The position numbers were made by a program, and so were the translations under genes. The notes under the pieces are model-generated. The model was given only the letters and a program-made list of their open reading frames with translations. It searched no databases and was not told where the DNA came from. Below are positions 48,401 through 61,000 of a stretch of DNA of 64,000 nt, in pieces. This stretch comes from Hypanus sabinus (lineage: Eukaryota): the NCBI RefSeq assembly GCF_030144855.1, contig NC_082715.1, forward strand, positions 146,630,001 to 146,694,000, in the 5' to 3' direction. Position 1 is the first letter of the stretch. Each line of letters begins with the position of its first letter.

Positions 48401-50598
48401 AATAGAGAGAGCTAGTAGACAGTGTGTGAGGAAGGGTAGGCCGCTGATAGAGAAGGGGAGCTTTCAGACCGAAGATGTCGGGGAGATGGAAGAAAAAGAT
48501 AATAAAGTTGTTTGAACCCTTAGGGATAAACAGATAGAAAGATGTGGAGAGTTTCTTAAATGCATCTATTTTAATGCTAGGAGCATTGTAAGAAAGGTGG
48601 ATGAGCTTAGAGCATGGATTGATACCTGGGAATATGATGTTGTAGCTATTAGTGAAACATGGTTGCAGGAGGGGTGTGATTGGGTGGGAACTAAATATTC
48701 CTGGATTTCGTTGCTTCAGGTGTGATAGATTCGGAGGCACAAGAGGGGGAAGTGTTGTATTGCTTGTCCAAGAAAATATTACAGCGGTGCTTTGGCAAGA
48801 TTAGAGGGCTCGTGTAGGGAGACTAATTAGGTGGAATTTAGGAATGGGAAAGGTGTAGTAACATTTATAGGGGTGTATTATAGACCACCTAATGGGGAGC
48901 GAGAATTGGAAGAGCAAATTTGTCAGGAGATAGCAGATATTTCTAGAAAGCACAAGGTTGTGATTTTGGGAGATTTTAGTTTTCCACACATAGACTGGGA
49001 AGCCAATTCTGTAAAAGGGCTGGATGGTTTGGAGTTTGTAAAATGTGTGCAGGATAGTTTTTTTGCAGCAATACATAGAGGTACCAACTAGAGAAGGGGC
49101 AGTTTTGGATCTCCTGTTATGGAATGAGATAGGTCAGCTGATGGAGGCATGTGTCTGGGAGCACTTCGGGTCCAGTGATCACAATATCATTAGCTTCAAT
49201 AGAATTATGGAGAAGGATAGGACTGGACCCAGGAGAAAGCCTAACTTTGAAGAGATGCGAAAGGATTTAGAAGGAGCGGATTGGGGCAATTCGTTTTATG
49301 GGAAGGATGTAATAGGGAAATGGAGGTCATTTAAAGGTGAAATTTTGAAGATACAGAATCTTTATGTTCCTGTTAGGTTGAAAGGAAAGGTTAAAAGTTT
49401 GAGAGAGCCATGGTTTTCAAGGGGTATTGGAAACTTGGTTCGGAAAAAGAGAGAGATTTATAATAAATATAAGCAGCATGGAGTAAATGAGGTGCTCGAG
49501 GAATATAAAGAATGTAAAAAGAATCTTAAGAAAGAAATTAGAAAAGCTAAGGGAAGATATAAGGTTACTTTGGCAAGTAAGGTGAAAAGAAATCCAAAAA
49601 GAGTTTCTACAGTTATATTAATAGCAAAAAGATAATGAGGGATAAAATTGGTCCCTTAGAGAATCAGAGCGGACAGCTATGTGTGGAACCAAAGAGATGG
49701 GTAAGATTTTGAACAATTTCTTTTCTTTGGTATTCACTAAGGAGAAGGATATTGAATTGTGTAAGGTAAGGGAAACAAGTAGGGTAGTTATGGAAACTAT
49801 AATGATTAAAAAAGAGGAAATACTAGAGCTTTTAAAGAATATAAAAGTGGATAAGTCTCCGGATCCTGACAGGAAATTTGCTAGGACCTTGAGGGATTGT
49901 TCATGTGGTTCCATTGTTTAAAAAGGGTTCTAAGAGTAAACCTAGCAATTATCGGCCTGTAAGTTTGACATCAGTGGTGGGTAAATTAATGGAAAGTATT
50001 CTTAGAGATGGTATATATAATTATCTGGATAGACAGAGTCTGATTAGGAACAGTCAACATGGATTTATGGGTGGAAGGTCGTGTTAGACAAATCTTATTG
50101 AATTTTTGAAGAGGTTACTAGGAAAGTTGATGAGGGTAAAGCAATAGATATTCTCTATATGGACTTCAGCAAGGCCTTTGACAAGATTCCACACGGAAGG
50201 TTAGTTAGGAAGGTTCAATCGTTAGGTATTAATATTGAAGTAGTGAAATGGATTACACAGTGGCTGGATGGGAGATGCTAGAGAGAAGAGGTGGATAACT
50301 GTTTGTCAGGTTGGAGGCCGGTGACTAGTGGTGTGCCTCAGGATCTTTACTGGGTCCAATGTTGTATGTCATATACATTAATGATCTGGATGATGGGGTG
50401 GTAAATTAGATTAGTAAGTATGCAGATGATACTAAGATAGGTGGCGTTGTGGATGATGAAGTAGGTTTTCAAAGCTTGCAGAGAGATTTAGGCCAGTTAG
50501 AAGAGTGTGCTGAAAGATGACAGATGGAGTTTAATGCTGATAAGTGTGAGGTGCTACATTTTGGTAGGAATAATCCAAATAGGACATACATGGTAAAT

Positions 50599-52815
50599 AG
50601 ACAGTAGACAATAGGTGCAGAAGTAGACCATTCGGCCCCTCGAGTCTGCACCGCCATTCTGAGATCATGGCTGATCATTCACTATCAATACCCAGTCCCT
50701 GCCTTGTCCCCATATCTCTTGATTCCCCTATCCATCAGATATCTATCTAGCTCCTTCTTGAAAGCATCCAGAGAATTGGCCTCCACCGTCTTCCGAGGCA
50801 GTGCATTCCACACCTCCACAACTCTCTGGGAGAAGAAGTTCTTCCTCAACTCTGTTTTAAATAACTGACCTCTTATTCTCAATCCATGCCCTCTGGTACT
50901 GGACTCTCCCAACATCTGGAACATATTTCCTGCCTCAATCCTATCAAATCCTTTAATTATCTTAAACGTTTCAATCAGATCCCCTCTCAATTTCCTCAAT
51001 TCCAGTGTGTACAAGCCCAATCTCTCCAATCTCTCTGCGTAAGGCAGCCCTGCCATCCAGGAATCAACCTAGTGAATCTACGCTGCACTTCCTCAATTGC
51101 CAGAATGTCCTTCCTTAAACCTGGAGACCAAAACTGTACACAATATTCGAGGTGTGGTCTCACCAGGGCCCTGTACAAATGCAAAAGGACATCCTTGCTC
51201 TTGTACTCAATTCCCCTTGTAATAAAGGCCAACATTCCATTTGCCCTCTTCACTGCCTGTTGCACTTGCTCATTCACCTTCATTGACTGATGAACTAGGA
51301 CTCCTAGGTCTCTTTGCATTTCTCCCTTACCTAACTCTACACCGTTCAGACAATACTCTGCCCTCTTGTTCCTGCTTCCGAAGTGGATAACTTCACATTT
51401 ATTTACATTGAATGACATCTGCCAAATATCTGCCCACTCACCCAGCCTATCCAAGTCTCCCTGTATTCTCCTAACGTCCTCTTCGCATGTCACACTGCCA
51501 CCCAGTTTAGTATCGTCAGCAAACTTGCTGATATAGTTTTCAATGCCCTCATCTAAATCGATGACATAAATCGTAAAGAGCTGTGGTCCTAATACAGAGC
51601 CCTGTGGTACCCCACTAGTCACCTCCAGCCAGTCCGAGAAACACCCATTCACTGCTACCCTTTGCTTTCTATCTGCCAACCAGTTTTCTATCCATGTTGA
51701 AACCCTGCCCCCAATGCCATGAGCTCTGATTTTACACAACATCCACTGGCTTACCCTCATCTAACATCCTTGTTACACCCTCAAAAAACTCCAACAGATT
51801 AGTCAAGCATGATTTGCCCTTGGTAAATCCATGCTGGCTCGGCCTAATCCTATTACTGCCATCAAGATAAGCCACTATTTCGTCCTTAATAATGGACTCA
51901 AGCATCTTCCCACGACTGACGTTAGGCTAACAGGGCGATAGTTCTCCGTTTTCTCCTTCCCTCCCTTCTTGAAAAGTGGGATAACATTAGCCACTCTCCA
52001 ATCTTCAGGAACTGATCCTGAATCTAAGGAACATTGGAAAATGATTACCAATGCATCCGCAATTTCCGGAGCCACCTCCTTTAGAACCCTCGGATGCAGA
52101 CCATCTGGACCCAGGGATTTATTAGCCTTCAGTCCTACCAGTCTACTCATCACAGTTTCTTTCCTAATGTCAATCTGTCTCAATTCCTCTGCTATCTTAT
52201 GACCCTGGCCCATCCATACATCTGGGAGATTGCTTGTGTCCTCCCTGGTGAAGACAGATCTAAAGTACGCATTAAATTCTGTTGCCATTTCCCTGTTTCC
52301 CATAACAATTTCTCCCAATTCATTCTTCAAGGGGCCAACATTGTTCTTAACTATCTTCTTTCTCTTCACATAGCTAAAAAAGCTTTTGCTATCCCCTTTT
52401 ATATTCCTGGCCAGTCTGAACTCATACCTGATTTTTTCTCTCCGTATTGCTTTTTTAGTTAAGATCTGCTGTTCCTTAAAACCTTCCCAATCATCTGTAT
52501 TCCCACTCATCTTAGCCCTGTCATACTTCTTTTTCTTTAATGCTATACAATCTCTGACTTCCTTTGTCAACCACTGTGGCCCCTTCCCCCTCTTTGAATC
52601 CTTCCTTCTCATTGGAATGAGCTGCTTTTGCATCTTTTGTATTATCCCCAAGAATATCTGCCACTGCTGATCCACTGTCTTTCCTGCCAGGGCATCCGCC
52701 CATTTAACTTTGGCCAGCTCTTCCCTCATGGCTCCGTAGTCTCCTTTATTTAATTGCAACACTGACACCTCTGATCTGCCCTTATCCCTCTCAAATTGTA
52801 GATAAAAACTTATCA
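50599..52815 (-). mobile_element. Younger CR1 3' portion nested in reverse orientation inside the outer CR1
   Basis: Long ORF2 segments at 51875-52816, 50996-51760 (SGVPQGSVLGP, KFADDTKLGG) and 50685-51056. The outer element breaks at ...TACATGGTAAAT (50598) and resumes at GGTAGGGCATTG (about 52865). Confidence 0.9.
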
Positions 52816-52862
52816 TGTTATGATCATGTTATGTTATGTTATGTTATATGTTATATCATGTT
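52813..52862. repeat. (ATGTT)n microsatellite at the 5' junction of the nested CR1
   Basis: atcatgttatgatcatgttatgttatgttatgttatatgttatatcatgtt. Confidence 0.75.
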
Positions 52863-55430
52863 GTGGTAGGGCATTGAGGAATGCAGTAGAACAAAGTGAT
52901 CTCGGAATAATGGTGCATAGTTCCCTGAAGATGGAAACTCTAGTGGATAGGGTGGTGAAGAAAGCTTTTGGTATGCTGGCCTTTATAAATCAGAGCATTG
53001 AATATAGGAGTTGGGATATAATGTTAAAATTGTACAAGGTACAATTGGTGAGGCCAAATTTGGAGTATTGTGTAAAGTTTGGTCACCGAATTATAGGAAA
53101 GATGTCAACAAAATAGAGAGAGTACAGAGAAGATTTATTAGAATGTTACCTGGGTTTCAGCACCTAAGTTACAGAGAAAGGTTGAACAAGTTAGGTCTTT
53201 ATTCTTTGGAGCGTAGAAGGTTGAGGGGGGACTCGATAGCGGTATTTAAAATTATGAGGGGTCCAGATAAAGTTCACGTGCATAGGCTTTTTCCATTGAG
53301 AGTAGGGTGGATTCAAACCAGAGGACATGAGTTGTGAGTTAAGGGGCAAACGTTTAGGGCTAACACGAGGGGCCACTTCTTTACTCAGAGAGTGGCAACT
53401 GTGTGGAATGAGCTTCCAGTAAAAGTGCTAGAGGCGGGTTCGAGTTTGACATTAAAAAGAACTTGGATAGGTATATGGACTGGAAAGGAATGGAGGGTTA
53501 TGGGCTGAGTGCAGGTAGGTGGGACTAGGTGAGGGTAAGCGTTCGGCTCGGACTAGAAGGGCCGCGATGGCCTGTTTCTGTGCTGTAATTGCTATATGGT
53601 TATATGGTTACTGGTTACACACCCTGAGTGGAAAGTGTGGAATTTCGTGGCATGTAGATTCCAATGATTTCGTCAGTGGTTGAAGTTGCATCACGCAAAT
53701 ATGTGTTGTCTAATTGGTACCCTAGTTGGAGTTGTGTTATGTGAACACTACCGGCCAGATTTGCTATAGTATAAGGTGACTACAGTCCAAAATTACTTGG
53801 GTGACCAGAGAATCTGGTTCTTGGGTGGGCAGAGTGATCCTGTAAAACAAGAAATGAATGAAGGTCTTTCTCTTAACTTAAATAATCTTCGTTTTATGAT
53901 GTGGAAAATCAGCTGAACGTGTCACAAAAAAAATCACTCATTAAAGGAGATGACAGTATCAGATTCAGGTTTAAAATTATAGGCGTATGTCGCGAAATTT
54001 ATTGTTTTACCGAGGCAGTGCATTGAAATACATCTGAATGCTATGTTGCAATACGATGTGAGTATGCATAGATTATGTTGTATTCTCGACTCATCGCCGT
54101 ACCCAGCATTAAAGACGTCTCTACTGCGAAAATAATAGTCAATTGGAAATACTTAATCTCTTTGAAACCTAAGGTTACGCTTAGAAAGCTATCGTTAATT
54201 TAAGGTGCGTGCAGCAACTTCGTAGCTAGATAGGGTGCCAGCGATAGCTTAATTCAATGTTCTGTCGTGTTTGTGACCACAATGCTGAAACTAACTGACT
54301 TGCGCACCGATGTTGAACGTCGCTGTTTTCCGCTCACTGCACTCACTAAGTTTTAGAGAAATTTTGTTGATATGTCTTTATTTGTTTACCTATTTATTTG
54401 TTTGTTTGTTGTGATACAGTGCGGAATAGACCAGAAATCCCCCGATTTCATACTAGCCTAATCATGGTACAACTCCTAACAGGCAGAGGTGAGAATTGAA
54501 CCCCTATCACTGATACTATAACCGGTTATGTTAACCCCGACACTACGGTGACGCACTTCATGAACTTGCAAGGATTTTCTTGCTTTTTTTTCATTGCTTC
54601 AGTTCTCTGTAAATTTTCCTGTTTCATACAATCGAATCTAGAGCATGACTTTTATTAAGTCTAGACTCGTTAGTTGCAGTCAATGAACAACTTGATTATT
54701 TTAAAATGGCGTCTGTCAGGAACATTATTTGAAGTTTACTTGGGATTGTTTGTTGCATAAACCAGTCTCTGATAAAGTGGAACACTGTACGTGCGAGAAC
54801 GCTGAGGTTATACCTCACTTCCTAGTCAGACCAAGTGTGCCCTGCATGGTACACACGGTGGTTTACCTGCCGCGATGCAAAACCTGTTGACAGGAGAGCT
54901 ATCAAATCGGTGTTGCTCAATGATTAACTACGCCAGTTGCTTTCGTTGCATTAGCCTGTGCCAGATGAGCCGCACCGTGGAACCTGAGAACCAGATGAAA
55001 CCCGCTACAGTTACAGGATTTCCATTCAGGACCGAAATCAACAGGATGTAATTTCCACAGAGAAAGGAGAGGTGAGATGATTATTTTTTCTCAAATTTCC
55101 GGTCAGTTTTTCCCCATCAGAAAACAAACAAAATGACCTTGCATTTGAGATAAGTTTGCTGACTTTATTGAGCCACTACAAAGAGTGCTGCGGATGCAAT
55201 AGTCGCACCCTGGCTTTAGTTATGTTATTTAATGCACCGAAACAAATTTCAATCAATCTGGAGTCTTCAATCAACACTGGCTTTCTGTCAACAGAACAGA
55301 GTTTACAGTAAACAAATCGTAAAAGCTGAAGCTTCCGCTGCAAAGGGTTTTTTTAAAAAAAATATTCCAATGAATAAAAGAAACAATTTGTCAAAGAACT
55401 TTTCTTAGCTCAGATAACAGGTTTATGACA

Positions 55431-55753
55431 TCAAACACAGCGGGATCTTGCGATATTTGCCCGTAGCGGGTTTGCTTGAGTCTCGTGTTTAACCACACAG
55501 GAGTAAAGCTCGTGTGAGTTCCAGTCTGAGGCTCTCAATGTCAGGTAACTGCTCACACTGAACGTGTTGTCCGTTTCCTGTTGCAGTCGGCTGTTCTCAA
55601 CGCCGTTCCTTCTCGCACTGCCGTCCACAGCCCACTCAATATCCACAGCACCCGGATTAAACCCGTTCACTAAACACACAAGCGTGGCGGTGTCCTTCAC
55701 CCTGATTTCGTCCGCTGAAGGGGGCAAGACCGATACGACTGGGGGCCGGGGAT
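55431..55753 (-). pseudogene. IgL: Ig light-chain constant exon, cluster 3: open frame but canonical acceptor lost
   Basis: The coding sequence differs from cluster 1 at 4 of 323 nt. The acceptor reads AACCAC instead of AACCAG (plus-strand gt at 55754-55755). Confidence 0.85.
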
Positions 55754-57421
55754 GTGGTTAAAAAAATAACAGTGATAGTTAAGTAAAGGCCAAAGAACCG
55801 TTCTCGCATCGCACTTTGACAATTCAATACAATTAACCAGAATATTTTTATCTCTGCACTTTTCAAAATCCATACCAACCACCAAGGCACCACAATAATT
55901 TTCAATAAGGATATTGGAATAAATCCAACGCTACGGCAGGAATTACAGAGAGATCAGCATGATTTGTGAAGGGCATAGTTGTACACAGATAATTGTTCTC
56001 TACTTCCCGAGCTTTGTCACACAAAAGAACCAACTAGACCTCGGGAACCCTAAAGTTCAAGAAGTGCCATGTTACATAGTTAAGTAGAAATATAAAATTG
56101 TGAAATGTGAACTGAACTGATTCAATATCCCAAATCTGAAACCTTCTGCAATTCATTTTAATATTCGAAAGCTATCAGTTCTGTTCTCCTTGTCGTGCTT
56201 TCGTTTGAAATCGCGTTGAAGCTAGAAGTAAATGTTTCAAATTAGGAATGTGATGTAGTAGAATCTTTTCCTAATTTAATAAAGCAATTAAATTCTTAAT
56301 GTCAAGCTTTAATATTCAATAAAATAACGTTTAACAGCTTAGCCTCTGATAAAGAATAAATCCCGTTATGAAAACAAACGAGGAAAACGCAGATATCGGA
56401 AATCTGAAATAATGTCTCAAAGTGGTGGGGTTACCCAACAGTTTTTTACACTGTACATGTGGAGAGAAAAACGGTCGAACTATAATAGGCCAGTTCTGAA
56501 GTAGCGTGGACAGAACACGTAGCCTAGCTTCGCTTTCTAGAGATCCTGGATATTAATTGCATGAACGCGGTCGCTCAGGAATACAATCACCCTCTATAGT
56601 TCCGTTTTTTTCTGTTTCCGATCCTTCCTGGTGCATCAGACTCCTGTTGGGTTGATTTCTATGTTACTTCCGAAGTAGACATCTTTCATTACAACTGAGA
56701 TTTTGAATTGTACGACCACGGGAACAATGACTGCGCGTAGCGGTTGAGATCGGATGGTACCGGTTACAGCCTAACCGGCATAAATATTTATTGATATCTA
56801 TTTATGTAGAGATACAGCGCGAAATGGGCACTTCCTCTCCCGCACCGCCTCGCAACCCCTTGAGAACCTCGAATGAACCTAAACCAGTTAATTCTAATTC
56901 TTTGACAAGAGATGCCGATAAGAAAGTTCTGGACAAATAGAAAGACGCTCAAAATAAATTCGGCTCAACGTAAGCCATGCAAATCGTGAGAGTACCTATT
57001 AATACTCTCTGGAATCAATTTTTAGAATCGCTGTGAACACTACATCATGTAAAACAGGACGAACTGACAAACAAAAGGATCGTTCATAGTCAGCTGCAAA
57101 TGCTCTGGATGCTAATTTTATTTTATATTTTAAAATTGAGAGCTACTTCACAAAAGGTTGGAGGAAACGATTAATTTTCATTTCCAATTGTTCTGTTGAA
57201 CCGTTGGAACGGGACGGGGAAACGTGCGCAGGCAGTGAGAGATGTGGGTGGGTGAGGGTGGTGATGCTGGCGGTGTGGTTAACGCTAGAACAGGAGTGCA
57301 AAATTCGATAAAGACAGACTGACTATGGATGCATGTTCTATGCAGATTTAAAGTTAGATTATGTCATTATTTTACAACGATATCTATAACGCACGCTTCA
57401 GAAAGAAGAAATTTTACTTAC

Positions 57422-57927
57422 TGCTAACTGCCACCCTTGTTCCTTTTCCAAATATTAAGGCGTTTTTCCACATGGCGCAGTAATAGTCCGCAGCGTCCTC
57501 CGATTGAACGTTAGATATTGTGAAATATCCCGTGTTGCCCGACTAAGAGCCGGAGAACCTTTCTGAAACTCCCGGACCTCTTCCAGGGCTGCTCTTGCTG
57601 GACCAATAATAGACTAAAAGCTGGGGAGTCTTTCCGGGAATCTGCTGATACCAGGATACACCGTCATAATTCCCTAAACTGGCCCCGGACATGGTACAGC
57701 TTAATTGTAAGTTCTGCCCAGGACTGATCGACTTGGAAAGCGGCTGAGTTACTATAACTTCTGCGCGTAAATCTGGAAAAAACAATGAGGCAGAGTTTGT
57801 AATGAAAAACGTGAGAGAAACGCCCCAGTGAATCGTCCTTGAGAAGAAATCTAATATTGCTGAAAATAAAATACTCACAAGTCGCAAGATAAAAGAGCGC
57901 ACTGACAACACGGATCCAGTAAGACAT
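57422..57927 (-). pseudogene. IgL: Leader (57927-57879) plus germline-joined VJ (57772-57422), cluster 3, with a premature stop
   Basis: Splice sites are canonical and the exon is 351 nt, but the FR3 codon CAG has become TAG at 57545-57543 (RFSGS*SGNT). Confidence 0.9.
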
Positions 57928-58035
57928 TGTAAATTACTGAATTGAGTCGGGCAGTGCAGCGGTTTCTGGATGAAGTGTTTTCTGAACTTGCTGCCAACTC
58001 TCTTATGAAGTGTGTTGCAAGGTGTCACCCGATTA

Positions 58036-58068
58036 ATGCAAATTATAGCCTTCCTTGGGGCCAATCAG
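58036..58068 (-). promoter_or_regulatory. V promoter, cluster 3: perfect octamer/decamer and CCAAT box
   Basis: Sense TAATTTGCAT (octamer 58043-58036), 109 nt upstream of the ATG. CCAATCAG at 58061-58068. Confidence 0.8.
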
Positions 58069-61000
58069 AAGTTGCCCACTTCTCCGTGTGACCCCATTCA
58101 AGACAGAAATGGTTACAAGTTCGGTATTTCTGATTACTTCGATATATTTTTAAATATTAAAAGCAAACATTACTGGAAACAACGGTCGTTTAATTTTGAT
58201 TCTATGCGCTTATTTTCATGGTGCTCAAATACAGGATAAGATTTCACAAGTTTATTCAGGACTGTTCAGTGGGGATAAAAGAAAACAGAAATTCTTAATC
58301 CGATAATTAAGATCAGAGACTTTCCACGATGCACCATTGCATATTATGTATGCAAGATTTAGAATCTTAAGTGTTATAAAGAGAAGAAACAGATCTCGCA
58401 GGCTACCAAGTCCATGCGGGGTCAAGTACCCACCCACCTAGCTGCAGATTAATCCCGTTTTCTTGCATGTGAGCTGCAGGCTAACTTTGGAAAAGCATTA
58501 CACCGATGAAAAGTTTCACAATAAATAAATTCTGGATTGTTGTTTAGGAAAGTAATTGTAGTGAAATGTATTCTCCACTTTGAGTGAGCTGTCGGTACAG
58601 TGCCACAAATTTTTACCCACCATTCGCCAGCTACATTGGTTCTCTGGGCAGGGCCATAAGTCTTGCCATTCCACTGGAATCTGGTAAAGATAAGAGAAAG
58701 CCTGACAGACCCGGGGATGGTAACGTACATTTTCCCCAAGAGATTAACTTCAAAATACGCCATTGTTCATCGGGATGTTGCATACCAAGCCTGCTGCTCT
58801 GTTTTAAACGGTTCATCACAGCGGCATATAGTATCATCCTTTAATCGCGAGTAGCATAAACTTGTTGATACATGAAGTATCAGCATTTCATTTGTTTGCT
58901 ACAAATTCAATATACTGTATAACTGCAGACGATTTCTCTTGGTGCAGGAGCAATAAAAATTAGAAATTAGTGCAGTATCAATGAAAAAAAAATGCGCCAT
59001 GTAAACTCATCAGTGCACTGCACATAGATTCCGAAATTTATTTTCTACGTTTTAATTAACTAGTATTATAAATGTTGCTTCAATAATGTTCAGAAGTTCT
59101 TCGGATTTCTTACTTGCAGCAGCGATGTCTGTTACCAGGATTTAAGCATACATGTTTGAGGCGCCCTGGAAGAACGGTTCACGAAGTAAAACGGTAATAC
59201 TTTTTTCTAGACTGCAGGAGAATGCTAATGTCATTTTGAATCTGCCTACAAATTACTCTCCGAATCTGCCTACAAATTACCCTGCAAAGCACCCTCAGCT
59301 TCCTACCTGTTCTCGTGTCTCTTTAAATGCCGGTTAAGCGTTACTATTGCATCTATTTCCAACATTTCACCATAAAGTGCTTTCCAGTCACCCACTCTGT
59401 GATTGAAAAACTTGACTTGTCAAGGCAGGTTTATTGTCGTTTAACCTTATATATATTCACCGTCAAACAAGACAACGTTTCTCAGAACCAGGGTGTAAAA
59501 GCACGGTAGTAAACATAACACACACTCACTTAGGAGAGTAAGGGTACAATCTACAGATGAATTACGCATAAATTAAATATTGTAAGATACAGAACAGATT
59601 AATAGGTGACACTTCGCATCCGATGCAGCTGTGAGTTCAAAAGCTTAATGGCCTGAAGGAAGAAACTGTCTCCTATCCTGACGTTTTTGTTTGTATGCAT
59701 CGGTGCTCCTTCCTGATGTTTGAAACTCAAACAGGAAGCTAGATGGAAAGATGGGTGGGATAAGAGCATAAGACCATAAGATATAGGAGCAGAATTCGGC
59801 CATTCCGCCCACCGAGTCGGCGCCGCCATTCCATCATGGCTGATCCCGGATCCCAGTCAACCCCATACACCTGCCTTCTCACCATATCGTTTGATGCCCT
59901 GACCAATCAGGCAACGAGCAACATCCGCTTTAAACAGTACCCACGGACTTAGCTTCCACCGCAGTTTGAGGGAGAACATTCCACAGACTCACTACTCTTT
60001 GGTTAAAGAAGTTCCTCTGTACCTCTGTTCTAAAACGTCGCCCCTCAAATTTGAGACTGTGCCTTCCAGTTCTTGATAACCCCGTTATGGTAAACATCTT
60101 CTCCACATCCACATTATCTATTCATTTCAACATTCGGTAGGTTTCAATGAGATCCCCTTGCATTCGTCTAAATTACAGTGAATAAAGCCCCAAAGCCGCC
60201 AAACGCTCCTCATATTTTAACCCCTTCATTCCGGGAATCATCCTCGGGAACTTCCTCTGGATTCTCCCGAATAACAATACATCCTTTCTGAGATATGGAG
60301 GCCAAAACTGTTGACAATATTCCAAGTGTCACCTGACTTGAGTCTTATAACCCCTCAGCATTATCTCCTTGCTTTTATATTTCATTGAAATAAATGTCTG
60401 CATTGCATTTGCTTACTTCACCACAGAATCAACCTATGAATTCATCTCCTGAGAGTCTTGCAGGAGGATTCCTAAGTCCCTTTGCATCTCCGATGTTTGA
60501 ATATTCTCTCCATTTGGATAATAGACTGCACTATTGTTCCTTTTACCAAAATATATTATCATACATTTCCCAACACAGTATTCCATCTGCCACCTTTTCC
60601 CCATTCTTTCAATTTGTCGAAGTACTGCTGCAATTGTATTGCTTCCTTGGCACTACCTACCCCTCCACCTATATTCGTATTCGCAAACATTGAAACAAAG
60701 CAATCACTTCCATTATCTAAATCATTGACAAGCAATGTGAAAAGTAACGGTCCCAATACTGACGCTTGAGGAACACCACTAGGCATTGGCAGCCAACTAG
60801 AATAGGCCCTCTATATGCTCACTCGCAGCTTCCTGCCTGCCAGCCATTCCTCTATCCATGTCATGTATCTTTCCTGTAACGCCATGGAATTTTATCTTGC
60901 CTCATTAGTGTCATCTTATCAAATACCTTCTGAAAATCCAAGTAAATGACATGCTCGGACTCTCCTTATCTATCCTGCTTGTGACTTCCTCGAAGAACCC

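Larger units (their letters stand above)
47096..53612 (+). mobile_element. Near full-length decayed CR1 (5' UTR, ORF1 zinc finger and esterase, ORF2), private to unit 3
   Basis: ORF1 MSVKAACCSRCRMWEV...HICARC...RVRELELQLDDL and VVISGLLPVPRH; ORF2 GVYYRPP, DHN, KYADDTK; (TATGGT)n-like tail. The empty site is at about 8385-8400 in unit 1. Confidence 0.9.

Noticed and set aside
57543-58064. 173-aa ORF with a long N-terminal extension into V
   Set aside because: It starts at a TTG overlapping the CCAAT box, crosses the promoter and intron, and ends at the nonsense codon; a chance open frame.
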